A stretch of DNA of 64,000 bases, from IMG/VR virus record IMGVR_UViG_3300031088_000737, positions 1-64,000 of that record; one strand, 5' to 3'. The translations under genes and the position numbers were made by a program. The notes under the pieces were generated by a model. That model searched no databases, was not told the DNA's origin, and saw only the letters and a list, made by a program, of their open reading frames with translations. This stretch comes from a virus. Below are positions 1 through 8,790 of this stretch, in pieces (positions within the stretch are counted from its first letter, which is position 1; each line of letters opens with the position of its first letter).

Positions 1-642
1 TTAGTGATGTTTAAATTTAATTCTTGAAACAGGTTCAATCTTTTTCTCAGATCCAAGATAGATTTCAAGATGGTTTCTAATTTCTGAAATATCGTTAATT
101 CTCTGCATACCAGTATCAAGTTCCACATGTCTGTTCCACGGTTGGTCTTGAATGTAATAGTTTTTAACATTACCTTGACACGCGAGTTTTGTTTCCATAA
201 TGTGTCTATCGCTGTCATCCACATAACCTACAATGTTGTAATCAGTAAGTTGAGCGATGTATTCTGACTTCTTCTCAGTGTACTTAATTACTTTGATACC
301 ACCCATTTGGATATCGTGCTCTTCAAAAAACGCTTGTGTAATCTGGTCAGCTTCTGGGTGCCAGCCGCGTGCAGTAACTGCTTTTGTTTCGATATTGTTC
401 TTTTTTAAGTAATCAAGTAATGGATAGATTCCAAAATTTAATTGACCACTTCTCAACACATCGTGTTTTAAAAAAACATCAACCACTTCTTTGTAGTCTA
501 AATCAAAGACTTCATTCATGTTTAATGTTTTCCATGTATCATGATGGATATCTTTACCAGTGTGTTCTTTTAATGCCTCATACATCATTGATTTTAAATC
601 GTAAATAACATCATCGATGTCAAAAATAAATAGTTTTTTCAT
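1..642 (-). CDS. HAD-superfamily 5'(3')-nucleotidase-like phosphatase
   Basis: N-terminal FDIDDVI (DxD motif I), YVDDS (motif IV) and QPWNR, typical of NT5C-like HAD nucleotidases; basic C-tail RIKFKHH. Confidence 0.75.
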   Translation of the reverse strand: MKKLFIFDIDDVIYDLKSMMYEALKEHTGKDIHHDTWKTLNMNEVFDLDYKEVVDVFLKHDVLRSGQLNFGIYPLLDYLKKNNIETKAVTARGWHPEADQITQAFFEEHDIQMGGIKVIKYTEKKSEYIAQLTDYNIVGYVDDSDRHIMETKLACQGNVKNYYIQDQPWNRHVELDTGMQRINDISEIRNHLEIYLGSEKKIEPVSRIKFKHH

Positions 643-702
643 ATGTTCTCCTATCTATGCATTATAACAAAACAATGCATAATGATCAATTTTAATAAAA
701 TA

Positions 703-1122
703 CTATTTTTTTTCAACGATCCATATTTGATCGACATCTTTTAATGCTACTTCATTATGACCAACATATATAATCCAACCATCTGTATACTCGTATCCTT
801 TTTTTAGATAAGCAGATATCATTTCACCTCTATAATTAACAGAAACCTGATGTTTACTGTTTACGCCAGTATAGGGGTATTTAATTTTTAATTCTTCATA
901 ACTCATTTCAACAAGTTTAAATTTCTTTTTGACTTCATTTTTTAAATGGTTAATAACAATAGTTGCTTCATCAGCGTCTATTTTCTTAATTAGCATATTT
1001 TTGGCTTTACGATAGTTTTTTTTACTAATGTAGGATGTAAACTCACTCGATTCTGGTGAGGCAAATGCAAAGCTGAGATCTTCCAATATTTTTTCAATAC
1101 TTCTTTTATTTGTCTCTGTCAT
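703..1122 (-). CDS. hypothetical protein
   Basis: 139-aa ORF with GAGG SD upstream; no recognisable motif. Confidence 0.7.
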   Translation of the reverse strand: MTETNKRSIEKILEDLSFAFASPESSEFTSYISKKNYRKAKNMLIKKIDADEATIVINHLKNEVKKKFKLVEMSYEELKIKYPYTGVNSKHQVSVNYRGEMISAYLKKGYEYTDGWIIYVGHNEVALKDVDQIWIVEKK

Positions 1123-1191
1123 TTTTTAACCTCATTTTTAATTGTATAACAATAAGTAGTAGTGTATTTAAAACCATATTACATTAATATT

Positions 1192-2943
1192 TTAACAAAT
1201 TTCGAGCATCCTGTCATTAATAGGACGTAAGTTTTCTGTTGGATATTTTATTTTATATGATTCTTTTTGTGTTGTATAATCTATAAAATTAATCTTTTTT
1301 AACTTTCTTAAATCTACTATAAAATGTTCTGATTTATTTATTATTATTTCTAATGTGTCTGGATAATGTATCATATAATAGTTAAGCAAGTTATCGCTAT
1401 CTGTAATTTTAATATTTTTGAATATACTCTTTTTTAAACAAGATCTAAAATTTTCTATACTATCAGTAATCTTTAATAAAATTTCTTTATAGTTTATGAA
1501 GTCAGAAGTATATTTTTCTATCATATAATTCAATGTAACGAATACAGTGTCTATTAAAAAATTTTTATTACTTTGATCTATATTAGAGTAATAGTTTTCT
1601 AATTCATCCATAAGAATTCTGCACATTTCATTATGGATATCAGAATTTTCAGTTAATTGAAGCACATTTAATATCCAATAACTTAATCTATGTGTTTCGT
1701 ATGTTGAATAACTTACGTCTAAATAACATCTATATTCTTTGATACATTGTAATAAAAAACTTAACGGGTCGTCTATTGAAGATTGATTATCTGTCCGGTG
1801 GCACATGTAATGCGATCTTAAAAACCTATCATTTAAATTGTTTATTTCACCTCTTTCATTTTTAAACATTTCATATTCTTTATCTATTTTATCAAAAAGT
1901 GGTTTATTGTTTAAACCAATAAATTGATCAATCTCTGTTGAAAACATTAATGCAATTTTTGTTTTTTCATTAATATCTTTATCATTTTTATTTTTAACAT
2001 CTGCTGATGGCGATTCAAAATTATTATAATTATCTTGTAAAAAAATATTATAAAAAAGAAGTTCTTTGTAAGGATCTAGAATGGACTTCATATTATTATC
2101 AAATTTATAAGATGGATACTTTGCATAAAGAATATTTAAAAAATTTAAATATTTATTGTAACTTCTATAATTTGAAAAAGTTTCTATGTTTTCAGTAATA
2201 TATTTTTTGAAATTTATCGAAAATTCAGATGGAATGTAGGTGTCAATTTCAACTTGATCCATTTTCAACTTAAAATCAAATATTTTCTCATACCACAAAT
2301 CCATTAATTCTTTTTCGTCTTCTAATTCTTCTGAGTTTACTATAAATAGTATTTTTACATTATAGTTTTCAAGAATATCTATTATTTTTGAAAAAATTGT
2401 TTTCAAATTATCATCTCTTTGTCGGTCTATTTCATCTACAATAATAATACATTTAGATATATCCGCACCGTGATATACATATTCCATATGATCATTGTAG
2501 AAATCATTCATTATGTTATATGGTGATGTAGAAATACCAACTGTACCAAATTTTGCTTCTACTTTTAAGTTTTTTGAAACACTTCTAAATAATGATTTTA
2601 AAGGTGTCGGTATGTTTGATACATTATTTAAACACTTGCTAATAAAATTAGTAAGTAGTGGATCTAATTCACATGTTTTAAGGTTAAAAGAATTTGTCAC
2701 TATGTATTTTTTCATGTCAAAATCTTTATCTATTTCAAATCCATTAATTTTACAATAATGAGTATATTTTAAATCAGCAGCATTGTTATTAATTATAATA
2801 TTACTGTAGTTTGTAATAAATTTTTTAATTGTTGTTGTTTTTCCAATGCCCCATTTTCCATCAATCATTAAACTTTTTTTCCAACAATCTTGTCGAAGAT
2901 ATTCTATTATTTTTTCATCTAATTTTGTATTTTTAAAATCCAT
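1192..2943 (-). CDS. KAP-family P-loop NTPase
   Basis: Walker A IDGKWGIGKT, Walker B IIIVDEIDR, followed by ILFIVNSEEL and YEKIFD, as in KAP/Abi-type NTPases. Confidence 0.75.
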   Translation of the reverse strand: MDFKNTKLDEKIIEYLRQDCWKKSLMIDGKWGIGKTTTIKKFITNYSNIIINNNAADLKYTHYCKINGFEIDKDFDMKKYIVTNSFNLKTCELDPLLTNFISKCLNNVSNIPTPLKSLFRSVSKNLKVEAKFGTVGISTSPYNIMNDFYNDHMEYVYHGADISKCIIIVDEIDRQRDDNLKTIFSKIIDILENYNVKILFIVNSEELEDEKELMDLWYEKIFDFKLKMDQVEIDTYIPSEFSINFKKYITENIETFSNYRSYNKYLNFLNILYAKYPSYKFDNNMKSILDPYKELLFYNIFLQDNYNNFESPSADVKNKNDKDINEKTKIALMFSTEIDQFIGLNNKPLFDKIDKEYEMFKNERGEINNLNDRFLRSHYMCHRTDNQSSIDDPLSFLLQCIKEYRCYLDVSYSTYETHRLSYWILNVLQLTENSDIHNEMCRILMDELENYYSNIDQSNKNFLIDTVFVTLNYMIEKYTSDFINYKEILLKITDSIENFRSCLKKSIFKNIKITDSDNLLNYYMIHYPDTLEIIINKSEHFIVDLRKLKKINFIDYTTQKESYKIKYPTENLRPINDRMLEIC

Positions 2944-3064
2944 AAATTCACCTTTTCAAATGTTTTATTATACCATAAACTATTTTTTTTTCAACAAAAA
3001 TCTAAATTAATTGAATTTTATTTTATTTAGTATAAGGTTATAGTAATAATAATGGAATATATAA

Positions 3065-3373
3065 ATGAAACAAAAGAGAATTGCTGATTTAATAATATTT
3101 GCTGTTAGAAAAGATGAGCACAAAAGGATAGTAAAAGTGAAAATTGGAATAGATGTCATAGATAATATTGTTGGCAATGTAGTTTTAACAAGAGAACAAG
3201 TGATAGGTATTTTAAAAGATGGTGCTAAAATCAAAACAGCTTATTTGGATTCTGATACAGACTATTTGGAGGGGGCAACCGTTCATTTTTTTTTAGATAA
3301 TGGTGTTGAATATTTAAAAACAATTGCTAATGGTAGCGAAAAAGACAACCTAGATAATTTACCAGAATTTTAA
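3065..3373 (+). CDS. DUF3892-like small protein
   Basis: C-terminal YLKTIANGSEKDNLDNLPEF matches the signature I recall for DUF3892. Confidence 0.7.
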   Translation: MKQKRIADLIIFAVRKDEHKRIVKVKIGIDVIDNIVGNVVLTREQVIGILKDGAKIKTAYLDSDTDYLEGATVHFFLDNGVEYLKTIANGSEKDNLDNLPEF

Positions 3374-3424
3374 CAAAATTGATTTGTTAACTTCATCAAA
3401 AATAATTTTAAAAATAGTTTATAA

Positions 3425-5278
3425 ATGGAGAATTCTAAAATGTTAAAAAAATATTTCGAACATCAAAATTTGATTATTGAAGTTAGAAAAAATTATAAAA
3501 TTTATGATATAATAAAAAATGAATATATAGATAAACATAGAAAAGATTTACTTTCGTTTTCAAAGAAACTTAAAAATAAAGTAATATTTAGAAATTGTTC
3601 TCATATTATTCATTATTTAATTAACAACGAAAATACAATAATCTTAAATATATTAAAAAAACATGTGACTTCAGGTGAGATCACCTTTTTTGATATATAC
3701 AATTTTATAAATCAAGATCTTCATTTTAATGTAAATAGCAATAGTTTGGAGAGTGATTTTAAATATAATGGCTTATACTCTATAACAGGAGTTTCTAATG
3801 ATTTGTATTCTCTTGATTATTATTTAGACTCAGGTGGCAATTCAAATATATTTTTAACCAGAAGACTTAAAGATAACAAACAATTTGTTTTGAAATACGT
3901 CAAAAAAAATGCAAAATATATTAAAGATGGTCCAAATAACATATTTGTAAGAGAAGTGGAAACAATAAAAAAAATAAATCATCCTAATATTATAAAAATT
4001 ATAGACCATTCTAATTTAAAAGATAATGAGATGAAATTTTATTTTACTGAATTTTATACAAATAGCTTACATAAATATCTATTCTATAGGAGCATTGATG
4101 AAGACTTTAAAGATTGTAATATCAATTCTAAAATCAATTTTATGATTAAAATGGTTGATGCATTATCATATATACAAAAACAAGGTTTAGCTCACTTTGA
4201 TATCAAAGCAGATAATATATTTTTTAATGACATTAATGAACCTGTTATTGCAGATTTTGGGTGTGTCGTTGATTTAAAAAATGACAAAATATTAAAAGAT
4301 GTTAACACTAAATTAGGAAATCATCCAAATGCATCACCTGAACAACGTAATTTTCCATATACAAGATTTCATAATTTAGAGTTTACTGATATTTATTCAG
4401 CAGGTATAGTGTTTAATCAGTTAGTTTGCGGTCAGTCTTTTGAAGGTATGTTGGACAAAAAAATGTATTCAACTGTTAATGAATATCTTTCATATTTGGC
4501 TTGGATTGCAACAAACATGATGACAAATAAACCAGACAAAAGACCTTCTTTTTCTTTAGTAACTGAAACTTTATCTTTATTCAAAAATATATGGAATGAG
4601 AATGTTGATTTTGTTAGAGATGTAAATTTTGAAACGAGTTTAGAAATTAACCTAAAACATCAAATACTTGTAACAAAACCAGTAATTAATGAACCATTTG
4701 ATAAATATATGACAAAATTTGAACACCCTACTGGTGTTGATCAGGATTTTGCAGATTTTCTCGAGAAAAATGTTACAAAGTCAGATGGAGGATTTGCTGA
4801 GTGGGTCGATGAAGATCTTGTATTAGAATATAAAAAGTTATTTTTAGATGAAGACACAGCGATTGGACAAATAATTGCCACCCCTAAAGGTAATAATTAT
4901 ACAATCAAAAACTCATTTTGTATTAAAAGTTTTGTAGTTAATAAAAATGAGGATGAAAAAGTTTCATTTAGTAAGTTTGGAGATACTATATTTATGTATT
5001 TAAACACTTCAAAATCAAATTTTTTTCATATGTTTAATACAAACGATATATTAAGTTATTATGAAGAAGGCATTGTTGATAATTATTTCTATCATCACGA
5101 AAAAGATTTTAACAAAATATACCATAGCAATAATTTATTTTTTAAAATTATAAACATATCTGGTCATGGTTCTTTGTTATGTTTTGGCGATAAATATAAT
5201 AAAAATTTACTATTTTTTGTATCTGGTAATAAAGTATTCAAACTTACACCACCTTACTTAAATTTATTAACAAAATAA
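3425..5278 (+). CDS. Hanks-type Ser/Thr protein kinase (non-RD) with unknown N- and C-terminal regions
   Basis: Gly loop DSGGNSNIF, VLKY lysine, REVE alphaC, HFDIKADN catalytic loop, IADFG, ASPEQ, TDIYSAG. Confidence 0.9.
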   Translation: MENSKMLKKYFEHQNLIIEVRKNYKIYDIIKNEYIDKHRKDLLSFSKKLKNKVIFRNCSHIIHYLINNENTIILNILKKHVTSGEITFFDIYNFINQDLHFNVNSNSLESDFKYNGLYSITGVSNDLYSLDYYLDSGGNSNIFLTRRLKDNKQFVLKYVKKNAKYIKDGPNNIFVREVETIKKINHPNIIKIIDHSNLKDNEMKFYFTEFYTNSLHKYLFYRSIDEDFKDCNINSKINFMIKMVDALSYIQKQGLAHFDIKADNIFFNDINEPVIADFGCVVDLKNDKILKDVNTKLGNHPNASPEQRNFPYTRFHNLEFTDIYSAGIVFNQLVCGQSFEGMLDKKMYSTVNEYLSYLAWIATNMMTNKPDKRPSFSLVTETLSLFKNIWNENVDFVRDVNFETSLEINLKHQILVTKPVINEPFDKYMTKFEHPTGVDQDFADFLEKNVTKSDGGFAEWVDEDLVLEYKKLFLDEDTAIGQIIATPKGNNYTIKNSFCIKSFVVNKNEDEKVSFSKFGDTIFMYLNTSKSNFFHMFNTNDILSYYEEGIVDNYFYHHEKDFNKIYHSNNLFFKIINISGHGSLLCFGDKYNKNLLFFVSGNKVFKLTPPYLNLLTK

Positions 5279-5300
5279 AAAGGCTCATATGAGCCTTTTT
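5277..5300. terminator. bidirectional intrinsic terminator
   Basis: AAAAA-GGCTC-ATAT-GAGCC-TTTTT between convergent kinase and aspS genes. Confidence 0.8.
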
Positions 5301-5307
5301 ATTGTTT

Positions 5308-6576
5308 TTATGGCGTCAATCTGTCTGGATCTCGTGGGACAAAGCTAACTTCTTTTACTGAACCTAATCCCAACAGTTTTGCAATCACTCGTTCAATCCC
5401 TAATCCAAATCCGCCATGTGGTGGGCAACCATATTTGAAACTGTCCAAATAATGATGTATGGATTCTGGTTGGATTCCTTTTTCTATGGCTTGTTGTTCT
5501 AAGATGTCAATTCTATGTTCACGAATAGCACCAGTCGTTATTTCAATACCTTTGAATATCAAGTCAAAACTCTTGGTTGTTCCTTTTTCAGTTTCTCTCA
5601 TATGATAGAATGGACGCTTACCTATCGGATAGTCTGAAATAAATATCAAGTCTTTACCTAATTTTTCATACAACAATCTTTCACCTTCATCTGGTAGGTC
5701 TTGTCCAACAGAGAGTTTCAACTCATCAGCTAAGATTTCTTTGGCTTCGGCTAAGGTCATATATTGAACAGTAGGCTTCGTCATCAATTCTATTCCATAG
5801 AGTTCCATAACTTTTTCTTTGAAAGGTTCCAACTTTGAAAACGCATAGGTTAAGATCTCTTCTTCAAGCTTCATCACATCTGCTGTTTCAAAGCACCATG
5901 CAAACTCAACATCAAATCCAGTAAACTCTGTCAGGTGTCTGGTTGAGTGTGATTCTTCTGCACGGAAGACTGGTCCGATTTCAAATATTGCTTCTAATCC
6001 ACTGGCAATTGAGCATTGCTTGTAAAACTGCGGGCTTTGGCTTAAATAAGCCTTTTTATCAAAGTATTTCACCTCAAAAACTTGTGAACCACTCTCACTT
6101 GCTTGGGCCATCAGTTTAGGTGTATGAATTTCAGTAAACTCACGTTGTAACAAGTATTCCCTGCAGCCCGCTTCAAAAGCAGAACGCAATTGCAACATGA
6201 GTTGTCGTTTAGGGTGTTTTAAGTCTACCACTCGGTAGTCAAAACGAAGGTCAATGGATGAGTCTTCCATGATTGGACGGGGTAACGCTTTGGAATGGAT
6301 AACAATAGAATCAACTTGCATTTCTACACCAAAGGTTTTACTTTGTTTGGCTTCCACAATCAACCCAGTTGCAGAAAATGTCGAACCTTCTAAAAGCTCT
6401 GATATTTCTTGATGTTGTTCAACTTTCGACTTCTGAACCACCAGTTGTAGTTTACCTGATTTGTCTCCACCGATTAAGAATTGCAGATGTTTCTGGTCAC
6501 GAAGTGCTTCCAGTGTTAAATGCATGGTAATGGTTTGACCAATGTAGCTTGTAATTTCACTTGTTTTAATTTTCAT
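5308..6576 (-). CDS. aspS: archaeal-type aspartyl-tRNA synthetase (AspRS2-like, probably non-discriminating Asp/Asn)
   Basis: OB anticodon domain, EIHTPKL motif 1, YLSQSPQFYKQ, FRAEESHSTRHLTEF motif 2, GCPPHGGFGLGIER motif 3; 422 aa, lacks the bacterial GAD insertion. Confidence 0.95.
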   Translation of the reverse strand: MKIKTSEITSYIGQTITMHLTLEALRDQKHLQFLIGGDKSGKLQLVVQKSKVEQHQEISELLEGSTFSATGLIVEAKQSKTFGVEMQVDSIVIHSKALPRPIMEDSSIDLRFDYRVVDLKHPKRQLMLQLRSAFEAGCREYLLQREFTEIHTPKLMAQASESGSQVFEVKYFDKKAYLSQSPQFYKQCSIASGLEAIFEIGPVFRAEESHSTRHLTEFTGFDVEFAWCFETADVMKLEEEILTYAFSKLEPFKEKVMELYGIELMTKPTVQYMTLAEAKEILADELKLSVGQDLPDEGERLLYEKLGKDLIFISDYPIGKRPFYHMRETEKGTTKSFDLIFKGIEITTGAIREHRIDILEQQAIEKGIQPESIHHYLDSFKYGCPPHGGFGLGIERVIAKLLGLGSVKEVSFVPRDPDRLTP

Positions 6577-6627
6577 GATGAATCTCCGTTAGTTAAGTTA
6601 GGTTTAGCATTGTTAAAATTAGGGCAC

Positions 6628-6655
6628 AAAAAAAGGCACTCTCGTGAGTGCCTTT
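6628..6655 (-). terminator. attenuator terminator in aspS leader
   Basis: minus strand AAAGGCACTC-ACGA-GAGTGCC-TTTTTTT, upstream of the aspS start. Confidence 0.9.
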
Positions 6656-6674
6656 GTTATCTTCGACTGTTTCT

Positions 6675-6746
6675 TTACGCCACAGATAATCCGACACTCA
6701 ATTGTGCAAAATTATCATTATTGTCAGCGATAAAACGAATAGTCAT
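6675..6746 (-). CDS. aspS leader peptide MTIRFIADNNDNFAQLSVGLSVA (Asp/Asn control codons)
   Basis: 23-aa ORF not in the ORF track; SD AGAGGA at 6759-6754; five consecutive Asp/Asn codons; overlaps the antiterminator strand. Confidence 0.85.
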   Translation of the reverse strand: MTIRFIADNNDNFAQLSVGLSVA

Positions 6747-6769
6747 GAAATAATCCTCTGTATTCTTCT

Positions 6770-6799
6770 ATTATAGCTCGTTGTTGGTTTGAAAGTCAA
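6770..6799 (-). promoter_or_regulatory. sigma70-like promoter of the aspS leader
   Basis: TTGACT (6799-6794), 18-nt spacer, TATAAT (6775-6770). Confidence 0.8.
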
Positions 6800-6874
6800 T
6801 AACTTTTTTTAAGGATTGAACAATATTTTTGGTTGTGTTATAATCAACCTACATTAAATGAGAGAGGTATGATT

Positions 6875-7099
6875 ATGAGTGATTGCGACGATTATGGCTA
6901 TTTGAATACGACAAAAATAGAAAAAGCTAAAACATCATCAAGTTCTTCAAGTCATAAGAAAGACGAAAGTAAAAAATCAAAGACTGTAGCGAGATCAATA
7001 CCATCCAGTTCAAAAGAGGAACCAAGCGATAATGTTGTCACACCAAAACCGAAGTCTAATGATGATGACAATGAGCGTATTTTTCGAGGTTTTTATTAA
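6875..7099 (+). CDS. small low-complexity Ser/Lys-rich protein
   Basis: GAGAGG SD supports start 6875 (track gives 6833); probably disordered. Confidence 0.55.
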   Translation: MSDCDDYGYLNTTKIEKAKTSSSSSSHKKDESKKSKTVARSIPSSSKEEPSDNVVTPKPKSNDDDNERIFRGFY

Positions 7100-7110
7100 A
7101 TTTTAGTCAT

Positions 7111-7141
7111 AAAAAATGTGCTCTTAGAAGCACATTTTTTT
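7111..7141. terminator. bidirectional intrinsic terminator
   Basis: AAAAAATGTGCT...AGCACATTTTTTT between convergent genes. Confidence 0.75.
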
Positions 7142-7154
7142 ATACCTTTCTTTT

Positions 7155-8573
7155 TTAATTTCGTTTATCTACAAAACTCAATACAGCTTCTTGTTTGCCA
7201 AAGAAATACTCTTGAACAACGGGTTCTTTAATTTCTCGCAAGAAATGCGTCATCCCAACAAATGATGTTCCTTTTGATTTTTTACCAATGGATACACTAA
7301 CATCACTGGTTTCTAAATCAATCATGTCAACCAAATCACCATGAATGCGATCTTGACCTTTCGTTAATAAAATAGCCAGATCTGAATTACTCAGTTTAAC
7401 AATGTTGTAAGTATCATTGAAATTTTCCAAACTTAGACAGACTTGATTACCATCTGTAAAACCACAGACTTCATCAATCAAACTACTCACTGACATGGAC
7501 GCTGCCAATATCTGACTAGCGAACTCTAAGTTTTCTAATGTAATCTCTGGTTTTTGTGTAAGCTTTGGTGGTTGCTTATGAATATATTCTTTTTTATTGC
7601 GTTCAATCTCTTCTAAACGCTCAATTTCATGTTCATAGTATTCAGTTTCATTCTTGGGTAGCTTCTCGTTAAAAGATCCCATTCTACTCGCGTAATAGGT
7701 TGAAGTTACTAACAGCACTTTAAACATGTTCGTAAATGACAAGTGATGTAATGTTTGATACTGTTCAAACACAACTGGCAATAACACACGAAATTCTTTT
7801 AGTGTATCTTTACTGAGTGCTTGTCTACTGTTGTCTTTATACAATTCATCCCATTTTGCTTGATCTTGCATGGCATGCCAATATTCTCTTTTTCCACCGA
7901 CTTCTAACATGATTCTGTTAAAGTTTTCAAATGTAATAGTGTTATATTTGAATTTCATCGAAATATCAAGCTCAACGTGTGCCGCTTTGAAAATAGCCTC
8001 ATTTTCAATGACAACATATTCTGGCTTGGCTTCTTTTAGCGATTTTTGATGATTATGCACTTGATCCAATACGGCTTGTTGAATCTGTTCATATTTAGAA
8101 ATCAATGGAATAAGAGTATTGTCTTTTTCAGCTACTTTTTTCAAAAACAAGACACCTTCAACAAATGATGTTGCAGCTTCAATTTCAGATTTAACCAATT
8201 TTTTATTGATCTTTTTAGGTTTAATTTGACTCATTTCTTCAAAATATTCTTCCATTGTGCCAAAAAGACTAACAAATACATCAGTCGTTGTTTTAAAATC
8301 AACATGTTGACCGAAACTTATTTTCAAATCACCCAAAGATTCAAGCATGTGATCAATCGCACAATAAATACCTAGTCGAGAATATTCATATTCGATATTT
8401 GACATTTCTTTAAATGATTTAATAGCGGCATTGTAGGTTTTTGTTTTATCTTTCTCATAATACACAAAGCCTAAGTCTTGAATAGATTTTGGTGTTTTCT
8501 TATTGACAGGTTGGGCCATTTTGATAACAGTGCAACCGTTGTTGCCAAAGAGCTGGTTAAAGATATCTTTCAT
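7155..8573 (-). CDS. hypothetical protein
   Basis: long ORF; AGGGG SD favours start 8573 (MKDIF) over 8600. Confidence 0.75.
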   Translation of the reverse strand: MKDIFNQLFGNNGCTVIKMAQPVNKKTPKSIQDLGFVYYEKDKTKTYNAAIKSFKEMSNIEYEYSRLGIYCAIDHMLESLGDLKISFGQHVDFKTTTDVFVSLFGTMEEYFEEMSQIKPKKINKKLVKSEIEAATSFVEGVLFLKKVAEKDNTLIPLISKYEQIQQAVLDQVHNHQKSLKEAKPEYVVIENEAIFKAAHVELDISMKFKYNTITFENFNRIMLEVGGKREYWHAMQDQAKWDELYKDNSRQALSKDTLKEFRVLLPVVFEQYQTLHHLSFTNMFKVLLVTSTYYASRMGSFNEKLPKNETEYYEHEIERLEEIERNKKEYIHKQPPKLTQKPEITLENLEFASQILAASMSVSSLIDEVCGFTDGNQVCLSLENFNDTYNIVKLSNSDLAILLTKGQDRIHGDLVDMIDLETSDVSVSIGKKSKGTSFVGMTHFLREIKEPVVQEYFFGKQEAVLSFVDKRN

Positions 8574-8660
8574 TAAAAGTCCCCTTATTTTAGATTGCAC
8601 AATATTACACTTTTTGGCTTAAAATGTCAAAGAATATTTATTTAATAGGTTGTTTTTTTG

Positions 8661-8689
8661 TTGACACATCTTTTAAAGAATGCTATTAT
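8661..8689 (+). promoter_or_regulatory. sigma70 promoter of rtcB (extended -10)
   Basis: TTGACA-17-TATTAT, with TG at 8681-8682. Confidence 0.85.
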
Positions 8690-8698
8690 ATGTCTATC

Positions 8699-8787
8699 CA
8701 TTCTAATAGCTGGCTGCTGATTGAATGTGATAATTTTATCGGAATATTTCCGAGGTAAGACTTTATCTAAAAAAATCAGAGGCCAGT
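8699..8787 (+). ncRNA. structured cis-regulatory 5' leader of rtcB (multibranch, SD-sequestering)
   Basis: closing stem CTGGC/GCCAG plus CTGATT/AATCAG enclosing three hairpins; SD GAGG (8779-8782) lies in the stem; alternative hairpin 8699-8727. Confidence 0.55.
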
Positions 8788-8790
8788 ATC

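Noticed and set aside
1192-2943. KAP NTPase ending RMLEIC as a member of the Met(-4) tag class
   Set aside because: Met is at -5 and the -9/-7/-6 hydrophobic pattern is absent.
6520-6753. 77-aa plus-strand ORF in the track
   Set aside because: It lies antisense to the aspS start, attenuator and leader peptide; it has no SD or motif, and the minus-strand elements explain the region.
8709-8787. rtcB leader as a true tRNA gene
   Set aside because: It lacks GTTC T-loop, D-loop GG and a 7-nt anticodon loop on a 5-bp stem. Retained only as a structured leader.
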